From assembly GCA_002189035.1 (NCBI GenBank), contig NEEC01000063.1, positions 1-38,022 of the forward strand: a stretch of DNA of 38,022 nt. The letters are read 5' to 3'. The notes under the pieces were generated by a model. The model was given only the letters and a program-made list of their open reading frames with translations. It had not been told where the DNA came from and made no database searches. Below, piece by piece: positions 1-11,607 of the stretch; within the stretch, counting starts at the first letter, position 1; each line of letters starts with the position of its first letter. Source of the stretch: Utricularia gibba. Lineage: Eukaryota; Plantae; Magnoliophyta. A program made the position numbers and the translations under genes.

Positions 1-994
1 CTGTATTTGGACATTCCCCTGGAGAACCCACTACTCTTCCTGCAGCAGACACAATGGGTAAACGCTAAAGGAATATGAGACAACCTTAAGAGGAAAATTG
101 AAGTTACCTTCGGAGTGATGCTAAATACTCCTCCCTTGAAACATTTTGCATTTCCTCAAGGTCCCTGGCATAGTCTTTTACCTGCATTTCTATGTAGGTC
201 ATAAAAGGAAGAAGAACATATAACTGCAAAGAAAAAGACATTACTTGAAAGTTAATATGTGTTCCGGGGCCCCAGTATTTTAAGGCAGCTAGATCATATG
301 CTCTTGCTGCAGCTTCCTCTTCATCATAGCACCTTAATACAGAGTTCACAAAATTTTACCAACAGCCCTTTTTCCAAGATTCAAGCGACAAAAATGACAT
401 ACACTTACCCAAGTAAACTACCCAAAGGAATCACAGATGGAAGTTCAGTTTTCCAATGACGAAGCGGTTAAGGGAAACAGGAGATAAGTTAGAAACTCAT
501 GTATACAATCAACAGCACCAACTGGCACACGAATCAAATACAGTACCTTGTTTTCCTTTCTTATTTTGGATTTCGTTCCAAGTGCTTTTATCCCAAAGAT
601 GCGCTTCATATCTGCCCGTCCATCTATGCCTGCGCGTGTTTAAGGAAGATATCCCATTTAACTGTTAAAAATCCCACAGCGGGAAATAGGGTTCTCAGGA
701 GCACACACCCAGTTCTCCGCAGGACACCCAAGATTAGAAAGCGTTTACAAACTTTACTACAAGAGCTAATTGATCATACCTGGTAACGCCTCGATAAATG
801 GAGCTGCGTTTCCCAGCAGTGCATGGCGGCATTCTGCTTATTCGATCTTTGGCAGTGCATCCTCTTTCTTTCTTCGCTTTCTTAATCCCTCGGAAGAGTA
901 GCTGTTGATCGCTCCATAAAGACGCCCCAGCCTCAGAGCTCGCTAGACCGCCAGACGCTTCGGGTCTCACTGCTTTCTCTGATGATGAGGCCAT
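1..994 (-). CDS. SMOS1: AP2-like ethylene-responsive transcription factor (At2g41710/SMOS1 type), 3' part outside window; apparent -1 frameshift at ~326-330
   Basis: GT-AG exons (minus strand): 994-780, 629-547, 417-409 (9-nt microexon), 332-245, 181-108, 39-<1. Spliced product MASSSEK...[46 protein letters not shown]...KKGKQVYLG[A][20 protein letters not shown]...[19 protein letters not shown]. The AP2 domain and [14 protein letters not shown] motif match the SMOS1 clade as recalled. Confidence 0.9.
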
Positions 995-2381
995 AGGACC
1001 TGCTGGGAACTCGAAATCGATCGGGTCAATGAAAACGGGACACAATCCAAACCAAAAAGCGCAAGAACTTGAAATTTCGAGAACACCTCAAGCGCGCAAC
1101 ATCAACGGCGTTCGTGGGACATTTTTCCTAGGAGTCAACTTTTTTCCATGTTTCCCAAAACCGCCCAAGGTTCTCCACAGTCGGCAAGAGAGACTACGCA
1201 GTACGCGTGAGGCGTTCAACGTTATCCAGGAGCTCCCTTAAATTTGAATTTGAAGTTCAACTTCAACTTGACTCAAGAAAACAGAAAGTTCAGTAGGATA
1301 CATTTTCAAGGCGGGATCTAGGGTTTATGTCGTGTATATTTTATGATAAAACGTGTCGGTATGGAATAATTTATTTCATTCAAAAAATGACTACAAATTT
1401 AGAAAGCTTATTATTTTTTAAAATTATCTACTCTTATTTTCTATTTATTCAAATATTATTTGAGAATCAAAATTAGATAGAACATTCATTCCACAAAGGC
1501 GGTTCTTTGAATTCAATTTAAAGACAAATAATTTAAAATCTTGAAACTCAATATAATAAAGAACAAAACAAACAGTTCAAATTTGAATATTTGTATAAAT
1601 TTTAAATCTATTTAACTTTTTTTTAAAATAGAAGAGGGCTGCATTCTATTTAACTATTTAATATAGAAAAATAAATATATTGTTTTTATATCTTTTATAC
1701 TAGGATCAATTTTTATGATCATTTTATCATACATTCAAAGATAGAGAAGAATGGTCATTTTTCTAATATATTCTAACTATAGTGAATGTCCTTGGGGTTC
1801 TACTATTCCAAAATACTTACTGGTTTTTAGACAATAAATATTCTCTTGGAAAATAGTTTTTAGAGAAATGATCATTCATTTGTTGAAATTATTTTACCAA
1901 ATACGAATTAAAAAATGGTAGGAATTAAACTCAATGTTTTCTTTAAAGAATCTAAGAATTTATTTAAAACAATTTTATTATCAAATGACCCTCATTTTCC
2001 CAGTTGTGCAAGTGTTGATATTCTTTTGAATCTATTTCCTGCTGGTAAATATCGACGTCGAGGATGTTCGAGAATGTTCTGGACTAATTGGGGCAGTCCA
2101 TGGACGTGATGCGACCCGTAAACGAATTCCCGCCACACATGCATTTACTATTATTATTTTTAGCAATCAGGACACCCACCTACAATTACATGCACCCCCC
2201 AGTGTGGTCCCGTCCCAGTCATCTTGGCCACGACGGGGGATATTATGTAATGGCGTGGACACGTCATCTTCGAACACGTACTCGTGGGGTGTGCGCTGTT
2301 TATGGCGGCTACTCTCCCTCCCCGCCGCGTGTGGAGCTGCTGATAAAAGCAGTTCCCTTTCTCCTGCGCACAAGAAAACGG

Positions 2382-4030
2382 ATGGGGGTGATGATGATGA
2401 TGAACGACGACGCCGTTTTGATCGACAAGGGGAAGAATCCCGGCGACCCCCACGTCATCACCGTGAATTGCCCCGATAAAACGGGACTGGGCTGTGATAT
2501 CTGTCACACTATCCTCGATTTCGGCCTCTACATCACCAAAGGAGGTCCTGATTTTTGCTTTCCCGCTGCTCTCGCTTTCTTTTGTTCCTGATTTTGCTCT
2601 TCTCGACTCCCTGTTCCAGATGTTTCCACAGATGGGAAGTGGTGTTACGTGGTTTTCTGGGTGGTTCCTTCACCTGGGTCTCATGTCATGTGGGTGAATC
2701 TGAGAGACAGATTGCTGTCCATCTGCCCACCATCGCTACCGCAGTTCTATGCTCCAAACCCTTGCGCCCCTTCTTCCCCTGTTTACCTCCTCAAGTTCCG
2801 TAGCCTCGATAGAAAGGGATTGCTACACGGTGATTATGATGCCCTTTTAACCAATTCTCTGTTTCTGCTTCGCGCTCTCATTCCGAGCTTTTGCATCCAG
2901 ATGTCACACGCGTCCTCCACGAGCTCGAGCTTGGGATTCAGAGAGTTAAAGTGAGCACAACCCCAGATGGGTGCGTCCTCGATCTCTTCTTCATAAGGGA
3001 TAATCTGTAAGTTGTTCCACTTGATATTCAGTTCACTAAGTTCGAGAACCATTTTGATGATGATGGGGTCGAATCTCAGGTCGCTGCTGCATTTGAGCTC
3101 TAGACAAGAGGAGACATGTGAGAAGCTGCGGAGTGTGCTCGGAGACTCCATCATAGGGTGTGAAATTCAGTTACCAAGTTCTCAATATGAGAGTCTTCAG
3201 AGCACAAGTGCTTGTCTGTCTCCTGGAACTGCTGAAGAAATGTTCAGATCCACCTTGTTGGAGAGGGATACCAGATTACAGGAACTCAGCACGGATGTGA
3301 CGGAGTTGAAACGAGCCAGTGTAAAAATCGACAATACCCTGAGCCCTGCCCACACATTGCTCCAGATCAGCTGCGTGGATCACAAGGGGTTTCTCTATGA
3401 TATCATGCGAACACTGAAAGATCATAGCATTCAGGTAGCAGTTCACCTCCTAGTCCCATGACCAAAAAGGCAGCCATTGTGATTTTCTTCAAGGTTTCTT
3501 TCTTGTTTTCTGGCCTTAGATATCATACGGGCGGTTTTCACCAGTGAGAAATGGCCACAGAGAATTGGATCTATTCATCCAACAAGACGGGAAGAAGATA
3601 GTAGACCCTGAGAAGCAAGCTGGTCTCTGCTCACGTTTGAAGCTGGAACTGCTGCATCCACTTCGAGTACTCATCACGAGCCGTGGTCCGGACACTGAGC
3701 TCTTGGTAGCTAACCCAGTGGAGCTGTCGGGAAGAGGAAGACCCCGAGTGTTCTATGACGTCACCTTCGCTCTGAAAACCCTGGGGATCTGCATATTCCT
3801 GGTAAATTTTCAACCATGCACACATAAGATTCAACTCAAACTTGCGAACAGAGGTTAAGTGTATGTGGGTTGTGATGTTTAACGTCAAACAGGCGGAGAT
3901 CGGGCGGCATTTAGCTGCAGGACGTGAATGGGAGGTGTACAGGTTTCTCCTGGATGACAACTGCAGCCCCAGGTCTCCGTCGAGCAAGTTGATTGTGGAC
4001 AAAGTTAGGAGAGCACTGATGGGCTGGTGA
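2382..4030 (+). CDS. ACR9: ACT domain-containing protein, ACR9/ACR10 type
   Basis: Exons 2382-2544, 2620-2829, 2901-3006, 3080-3434, 3520-3801, 3893-4030, all GT-AG and phase-consistent. Motifs NCPDKTGLG, DRKGLLHDVTRVL, LSPAHTLLQISCVDHKGFLYD, GPDTELLVANPVELSGRGRPRVFYDVT, C-terminal LMGW*. Confidence 0.93.
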
Positions 4031-4976
4031 CTGTATATTAGGGTGGTTTCTCCGGTGTTAACTGCAGAAATAAAATGTCATGATTCCGCTCTTGTCTTCC
4101 TGCGGCGTAAATACGCAGCACAGTCCCCGATAAAGGTCACTATTCCACGGAACTTAAATGAATCAGGAGCCGGTTAGTTCATAGGATAACCGAGGTATAT
4201 CAAAACATCCATCTCCTCTGGTTCTGAAGAATATCCTAGCAACAGCCAGCCAACATCTTGTCACCCTGAACAAACCGAGTTTCCGCATTCTAACAGGGGA
4301 TATATTGGATACTATGTGTTGGCATGGGCTGGCATACATTTAACCAGAATCCCGGTTACCAACAATTCGGCTAAAATATGCATCACATTAAACAATGCAG
4401 CAGCCATAATTTTTCTGAAGGAATTATACCATTCAGAAAAAATCCTCCGAACGCAGAATTTCTCTACGACAGGAGCACAGAAGAGCTGAAAAACATGATG
4501 ATACCAACTCCTGAATATGGAAGCTCATTCGTACAGGAAGGGTCATTCCACAAAACAGGAGCCTGCCTTGTAAATAGGTCAACCAGGTCAGCTGAGGAGA
4601 TAATAAAGATAGCCACAATGGTAAAATGTTCACCAAGACGACTGCAGTAACACAGAATGCTTAGACCATCTCAATACCGCTGCCCTAGAAGGGTATCCCA
4701 CGACAACCCTTCAGATCCAAGGACGAGGGAGTGGCAGTAGATTCGTAGAATACAACTTTTCAGGAAAAAGATGTTCAAAATCTACAACACATCACGGGTA
4801 GAAATCCAAATGGAAGATAAAGCTGCCTAGACAACCACATTTCTTGGGCCAGAATTCAACTCCTTCACAATAATGCTCCTTGTAAACCGATTAACAAGGT
4901 CAAAGCAATTTGAACTTGGTAGATGAAGATAGCAATCAGAATCAGTAGGCTTACACACTTCCCAGACTGGAATTAG

Positions 4977-6334
4977 CTAAGACTGCATTGCATCTGCATG
5001 ATACTTCTCCAAGTCCGCGTCCAGATCATCAGCAGACACCTTCTCACCACGGGCCCTTCCCGTCCACGGCCCCTTCCAGACCCACGACCACGGCCACGTC
5101 CACCACTAAACGCTCGGGGAAAACCAGCTGTAGCTTGGCCACTGTTAGAACAGCATGCATCGTTAGATGTTACAGTAAACAGAAAGCTAAATATATAACA
5201 TGAAATGCTAACCACAAAAATGTAATATCTACTAAGCCAAATTCCAAGCACAGTGGCACAAACCTTTTACATTACAAGATCAGACAGAATGTATCCGAAA
5301 CGCATACCTAGGAGTAGCATAAGTGGGATTTGAAAAGGCCCCCAAAGGCAGAGCAGCAGCAGCAGCAGGGGTTGGCATGTTTGTTCCAACAAGCTCTAGT
5401 TGCATTGGCTTCCCATCAAGCTGAACGTTGTTATACTTTTTTATAGCTGCCACTGCATCTTGTCGTCGTGAGAACACTACTTCAGCTGTGCCCTAGATAA
5501 AAAGCTTTTCTTCTAAACCACGCAGAAAACAAGCTTCACAACCAACAGCTAACACTAGGTCAATTCGTGAACACTACCTTCGATCGACCACTTCTATCAT
5601 AATTCACAGAATATCTTTTCAGATCACCGACCTCCGCAAACAATTCCTGTAATTCCAGATACAGAAAGATCCCAACGAGGCTCAGCCACATAAATGAACA
5701 AATTATCTTAACATGTAAACAAACTAAAAGGCGGTAACACAAATAAAAGTCAAAGCCATCAGCTGCAGCCACAGAGTTGCATAATTATACACAAAAAAAC
5801 TTCAGTTCTAATACCACAGTTAATCGACTTATTAAGCAATAACATGTAACCACGGAAGTTCCTACAAACGGAACCGGAGGATGCTGAATATTTAATAGAA
5901 TCTACGCGCAGGAAAACTTCCATAAAAATGACAGAATAGCGACAACGGTTTTAATCTATACCTTAATGTCTTCATTGGATACCCCGTAATCCAAATTAGA
6001 GATGTAGAGCTTTGTCCCTGTCTCGATATTAGAAGATCGCCCTCCGGCTTGAAACATGTCATGACCCCAATTTGATTCAGGAGCCTACGAAAGAACCAAA
6101 AAGCTAAATATGGTAAATTTCGCCCAAAACTCACCTTCTAGTAAAACCATTGAAAGAAACAAGAACTCACCTTTGCAACGCATAAGGACCAGCACGATTA
6201 GCGACTCTAGCATTTTGGCGGCGGACAGGACCAGCACCCGCACCCCCACCGCCACGACCTCCGCCTCTAGAACCGGATTTTTTGTTGCTTTTGATGAGAT
6301 CATCGAGAGTCATGTCTAACGCAGCACCCGACAT
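4977..6334 (-). CDS. ALY: THO complex subunit 4 / ALY-REF mRNA export adaptor (RRM); two apparent -1 frameshifts (~6178-6181, ~5059-5061)
   Basis: Exons 6334-6171, 6084-5962, 5646-5578, 5492-5308, 5141-4977. N-terminal REF-N motif LDMTLDDLIK, RGG tracts, RRM ([49 protein letters not shown]), and REF-C motif SADDLDADLEKYH in the shifted frame. Confidence 0.92.
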
Positions 6335-6402
6335 CGTCTCTTAGCAGCGAATCTCGACGGCGATTTCGGAGACAGTCTGGAGAATCCAACTCACCCAAAA
6401 AT

Positions 6403-6410
6403 TAGGGTTT
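6403..6410 (-). promoter_or_regulatory. Telo-box (AAACCCTA) in ALY 5' leader
   Basis: TAGGGTTT on + strand about 70 nt upstream of the ALY ATG. Telo-boxes are typical of plant translation and RNA-processing genes. Confidence 0.55.
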
Positions 6411-7786
6411 CCAAAGGATGCTTTCACAAATAACGCGTGAGGAGAACGCGATCGGTTTTGAATCCAGTATTTACGTCTTGTCTAGGGCTATCGGGCTGGC
6501 CTTCTGTCATGTTTACATAATCAGTCCTCCAGGACTTCACATATTATAATTCAACCACAAAGTTTACAAACAACACTTTCCCTCCCTATGATTTTAAAAA
6601 ATTGCTTCACCGCACCAGTAGGCGATACGTTTACGTTTCCGTAGTCGACAGCGTTGGGCGCACCCGAACCCCAACCCCACCACAGCCCCCAATTATGCAC
6701 ATGGGCTGGTTTAAATTAATTATTTTAAAAGTACATTCGTCCAATAAATTATAAATTTCTATTTTTTAAAAAATATAAATCACTCCTATTTAATAACAAA
6801 AAAGTTTTTACAATACTTTTCCAAAAAAAGAAATTATTTCACACAAAATTTAATATCAATTTAAATTTTTAATTAATGATTTAAATCTCACAAATTTTGA
6901 TATTGAATTCTTTTTCAAGTCTTAATTTTTTAAAACAATTTTTATTTTTTTAAAAATAATGATGACCACCATGAGATGAGATGAGCTACAAGTATCAATT
7001 GGTGTGAATGGAGCCATCATCAATGAGCTCCATTTAATCATTGCATATAACAAAGTCCTTCATCTACTATTCACATTGATTGATTCAACATTGTAGGCTC
7101 CTATGTATTTTAATACGTCATTAATATTGATTACTTTGGTTCCAATTGTACTTAATCTTGGTGGAGTAGGGTATTAGAATATATAAAAAATTATAAATCA
7201 ATATTAATCGATTGAATATAATTTTTTGTAATGTAATTTATGTTTTTTATATTCTTAAATTTTATATGTATTTATTTAATCTATTGAATTTTCAATTTAA
7301 ACAAAGAGCGATTAAGAGGATTTTGGCATCTAGAAAATCCGAAAAGAAAACTATAATTTTCAATCCTTGTTTGAAAGAGTTGAAATTTTTTTTTATTTTT
7401 TTGAGATATAAATATAGAGATATCCTTTTTAAAAATTGAATTTATTTCCTTTGGTGATAGGAATTAGGAGGGCCCACCAATAGATGAAGCCGATGTCGGA
7501 GTTGGGAAACTAACCAGGGTTAAGCCGAAACGCCTTGCAAAAGGCGCGACTAGGAAACCGGATCGGAGTCGGCGAGTTACCAAAATTACTTGCCGTTTTC
7601 AGTGGCTGCTCTGACTCTCTGTCATTGGGAAAGGAGAGAGACATGGACCCCGACCAGTACCACCTCTCAGCTTGCGCTAATCTGGCTAAGCTTTTCGGGT
7701 TTTCCCGTTGACTGCAGGTTGTTGCTCACGCTTTTCTCTTAGGAATTTTACATTTGCTTGCTTAATCTCGGATTCCGCCTGGTTGA

Positions 7787-7809
7787 TTGTTGTTGTTGTT
7801 GTTGTTGTT
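7787..7809 (+). repeat. (TTG)n microsatellite in PUB13 5' leader region
   Basis: Perfect TTG run of about 7 units. Confidence 0.9.
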
Positions 7810-8077
7810 TTCTGGTTTTGATTTGGTTTTTGTAAGCGTTTTGTTATCTGAGTTGTGCGGTTTGCGTTCCTTGTGTTTTGGGAACTTGGTCTGGCGGTTT
7901 GGTAAGGAGGCTCTGGAATTATGGAGGTTTACTCCGTTTGACTCTTTTTCTCGTTCTTTTTTTTTCTTCTAGTTTTTCTCCTGAATTGGGGCTTGCCTGT
8001 GGTGTACAGCATCCGGGTGAGTGTTTGGAGATTTGTTGAGGATTGAAACGGATAGTTAGCTGGTCTCGTGCACCAGG

Positions 8078-10380
8078 ATGAGCTCCAAATCGTCACCGGC
8101 ATCTTCTTTTGGGCCCGATTGTGGCAGCAGCTTGAACTCTCACTACGTCAATGATCGGATAATGGAGGATGATCGAGTCGCCTTATCGCTCAGTCTAATC
8201 GATTTGGTGGGTGAAATATCTGCAATATCTGGGTATAGAAGCAGCGTCAAGAAGCAATATACGAATCTGGCTAGACGACTGAAGCTTCTGACGCCAATGT
8301 TTGAGGAAATTCGGGACAGCAAGGACCCTTTACCTGAAGAGACCATGAGAGCGTTGAGTTCCTTGCTGAGCGCTCTTGTGATGGCCAAGGACCTACTGCG
8401 CTTTGGCAGTGAAGGGAGCAAGATTTATTTGGTACGACTGAGTCTCACTGTTAAGCATAACCAAATTTTTTACTGCTGCTGTTGCCTCATTTCTGGTACT
8501 TGCAGATCTTGGAGAGAGATCAAGTTATAGTTAAATTCCAAGAAGTTACTAATGAATTAGAGAAAGCTCTTTGCAGCGTTTCCCTTGAGAAGCTTGACAT
8601 ATCAGATGAGGTGAAGGAGCAGGTAAATTTTACTTGATTTTCACTCCTGAAATGCAGTCTCTTCTAGTTTCGATACAGTTACTATTTTTATTCATGTATC
8701 ATCTGAGAACCATATTTACTTTCCCAGGTAGAACTCGTGCTTGCTCAGTTTCGAAGAGCCAAGGGAAGAGTTGATGCTCCGGATGTAGAGCTGTCTGAAG
8801 ATCTTTTGTCTCTTTATAACAACAATGCTGATGCTGATGACGAACTTGATGTATTGAGAAGGTGTGTGGATAAGCTACAGCTCTCCGGAGTAGCTGACTT
8901 AACTCAAGAATCATTAGCCCTACATGAAATGGTTGCGGCAACTGATGGGGATCCAGAGGAGCGGCTGGAAAAGATGTCAATGCTGCTTAAGAAAATCAAG
9001 GATTTTGTGCAGATAATGAGTCCAAACATCAATTCAGTTGAAGAAGAGAAGCTGGCCCCTGGAAGTACAGGTGACAAAACGTTGAAGAACCAGAAAAGTC
9101 TTAACGTACCAGATGATTTTCGGTGTCCTATTTCATTAGAGCTTATGAGGGATCCAGTCATCATCTCAACCGGACAGGTGAGGATGCGTAGTTTCTTTTG
9201 CTGTCTTAAGCTATTCTGGATTCTTAATCGTGGATCTTTTCTGATGGTTTCCATTAAAATCGGATTGTTTCGTGTTCAGACATATGAAAGGTCAAGCATT
9301 GAGAAATGGCTGGAAGCAGGGCATAGGACCTGCCCCAAGACACAGCTAGCTCTAACCACCAGTGAGCTCACACCAAATTATGTTCTCCGAAGCCTTATAG
9401 CACAATGGTGTGAGACTATGGGAATTGAACCTCCAAATAGACCACGATCCGCCCTCACCCAGGCTGACCATGAAATAGAATCTCTTCTCCAGAAGCTCAC
9501 ATCTGACAACCCTGATGATCAGCGAGCTGCAGCTGGTGAGATCCGCCTTCTCGCCAAACGCAACACAGATAACCGTTTGGCGATTGCTGAAGCTGGTGCG
9601 ATTCCTCTGCTGGTTCAGCTGTTGTCAACTCCTGATTCTCGCATTCAAGAGCATGCTGTTACTGCGCTGCTGAATCTCTCAATATGTGAAGATAACAAGG
9701 GTGCCATCATATCATCCGGTGCAGTTCCTGGCATAGTCGAAGTTCTGAAGAAGGGGAGCATGGAAGCTAGAGAAAATGCTGCAGCAACCCTATTCAGCCT
9801 CTCAGTTGTGGATGAAAACAAGATCACAATTGGTTCATCCGGAGCTATCCCACCTCTCGTGGCACTTCTTGAGGAAGGTAGTCAAAGAGGGAAGAAAGAT
9901 GCTGCAACTGCCCTCTTTAACTTGTGCATATACCAAGGTAACAAAGGAAAAGCTGTGCGAGCAGGAGTAATTTCTACTCTCATGAAACTGGTTACTGAAC
10001 CTCAAGGCAACATGGTAGATGAAGCATTGGCCATACTGGCAATATTAGTTGGGCACCCGGAAGGAAAGGCTGCCATTGGAGCAGCCGAGGCTGTGCCCAT
10101 TTTGGTCGATGTCATAGGCAATGGCTCTTCAAGGAACAAAGAAAACGCAGCAGCCGTGCTAGTACACCTCTGTTCAGGTGCTCAGCAGCACCTCATCGAG
10201 GCTCAAGAACTAGGGGTGGTGGCTCCTCTGCTTGATTTATCCCAGAATGGGACGGAAAGGGGCAAAAGGAAAGCTGCCCAACTGCTCGAACGGATCAACA
10301 GAATTGCAGAAAGCACAGAAACCGCCCCAGGCTCAAGCCGGCAGAGTCTGAAATCAGTCCCTGAACCCTCAGTCACCTGA
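8078..10380 (+). CDS. PUB13: U-box/ARM-repeat E3 ubiquitin ligase, PUB13/PUB12 type
   Basis: Exons 8078 (or 8162)-8431, 8506-8622, 8728-9177, 9280-10380. UND region ([41 protein letters not shown]), U-box ([24 protein letters not shown]|[37 protein letters not shown]) and ARM repeats. Confidence 0.93.
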
Positions 10381-11607
10381 AAAGCACAATTACTTGAACA
10401 GATGATCCAAGAGATTTGATGAAACGACACCCACATTCATCCTGAAGTTGATACACTCTGAAGCCAATTTCAGCACCCTCCTTCAAGGAAACAGCTGAGA
10501 GCCAGCAGTCTTGTGTAAGTCCTCTTTTTACAGCCTTCTTTTTTGAGTGCCATGTGTTGTATGCCTTGGCTTATTGCAGCTGGGTTGGTTGCTGGGGTGA
10601 AGGTGGAAGATCACCTCCCCATCTCTGCCTGATTTCTTCTTCATTCATGTTTCCCAAATGGCAATTGAGCATATATCCATCCCATTGAGTTCAACACATC
10701 TGGTGACATTGAAACCCGCTTATCCACCCACCTCTACAGCAACAAGAGCACTTAAAATTATGCATTAAAATATGCATTTTATACATAGATTATCAGAGTA
10801 CTTGCGCTAATAGTAAATAATTTTTATCAATAAAAAATATGAATATCTAGATTTGAATACAATATCAATTGTTCACTGATATTAATTTAATTAATAAAAT
10901 ATATTGATAATTCTTATTTATGATAATAAAAATTTGACTTGTCCTAACCTTTCATCAAAGTGCACATATCAAATAAAATTTTAAATACTTTTAATTTTTT
11001 ATGAAACTATGAGGCATATCATGTACAGTAAATATAATTATAAAATAAATAGCGGGATAAAATGGATAATAATATTATAACGGTTGAGTGTTGAGGTGTC
11101 CCTAAAGGCGTGAGAAAATATCAGGAATTGTTTATTAAATTATTAGTGCTTGCAGATCTCCCAAAGCGGGAACGACGTGCTACTCATTTTCAACATGTGA
11201 ATATCATGAGTTAAATCAAATGAACTGATTGATCGTGTAGTAAAAAAGAAAACCTGAGACCTTGTGCAATGCCCCACGCTTTCAGATTTCGTTTTTCTGC
11301 AGCTGTTTTGGATTTGGGCGTCTGTGCTGAGCTCGGCCATGATCGATATTTTGGGGGGTATAAAGGAAAGCATTAAAGGCTGGTCGTTAAAGGCACGCGC
11401 CGGTTCCAAACGTCTGCGTTGTTCTGCGTGCTTTCATATTACTATGCTCTGCTCTACTCTGCTGTTCTAGTTTTCCTCTCTCCTCATCCCCACACCACGA
11501 CACGCAAACTCCTCAAGTTCAACGGTAGTTGTTGACTTGACGGGGAGGGTTTAGGGGCTGCTGCTGGATTGACGGTTTGTTGGTCGAAAAATTGGATCTT
11601 GAGGGTG

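Noticed and set aside
7212-7439. AT-rich intergenic ORFs (also 1915-2109, 34269-34475, 27968-28156)
   Set aside because: Low-complexity composition, several begin at non-ATG codons, and there is no splice or motif support.
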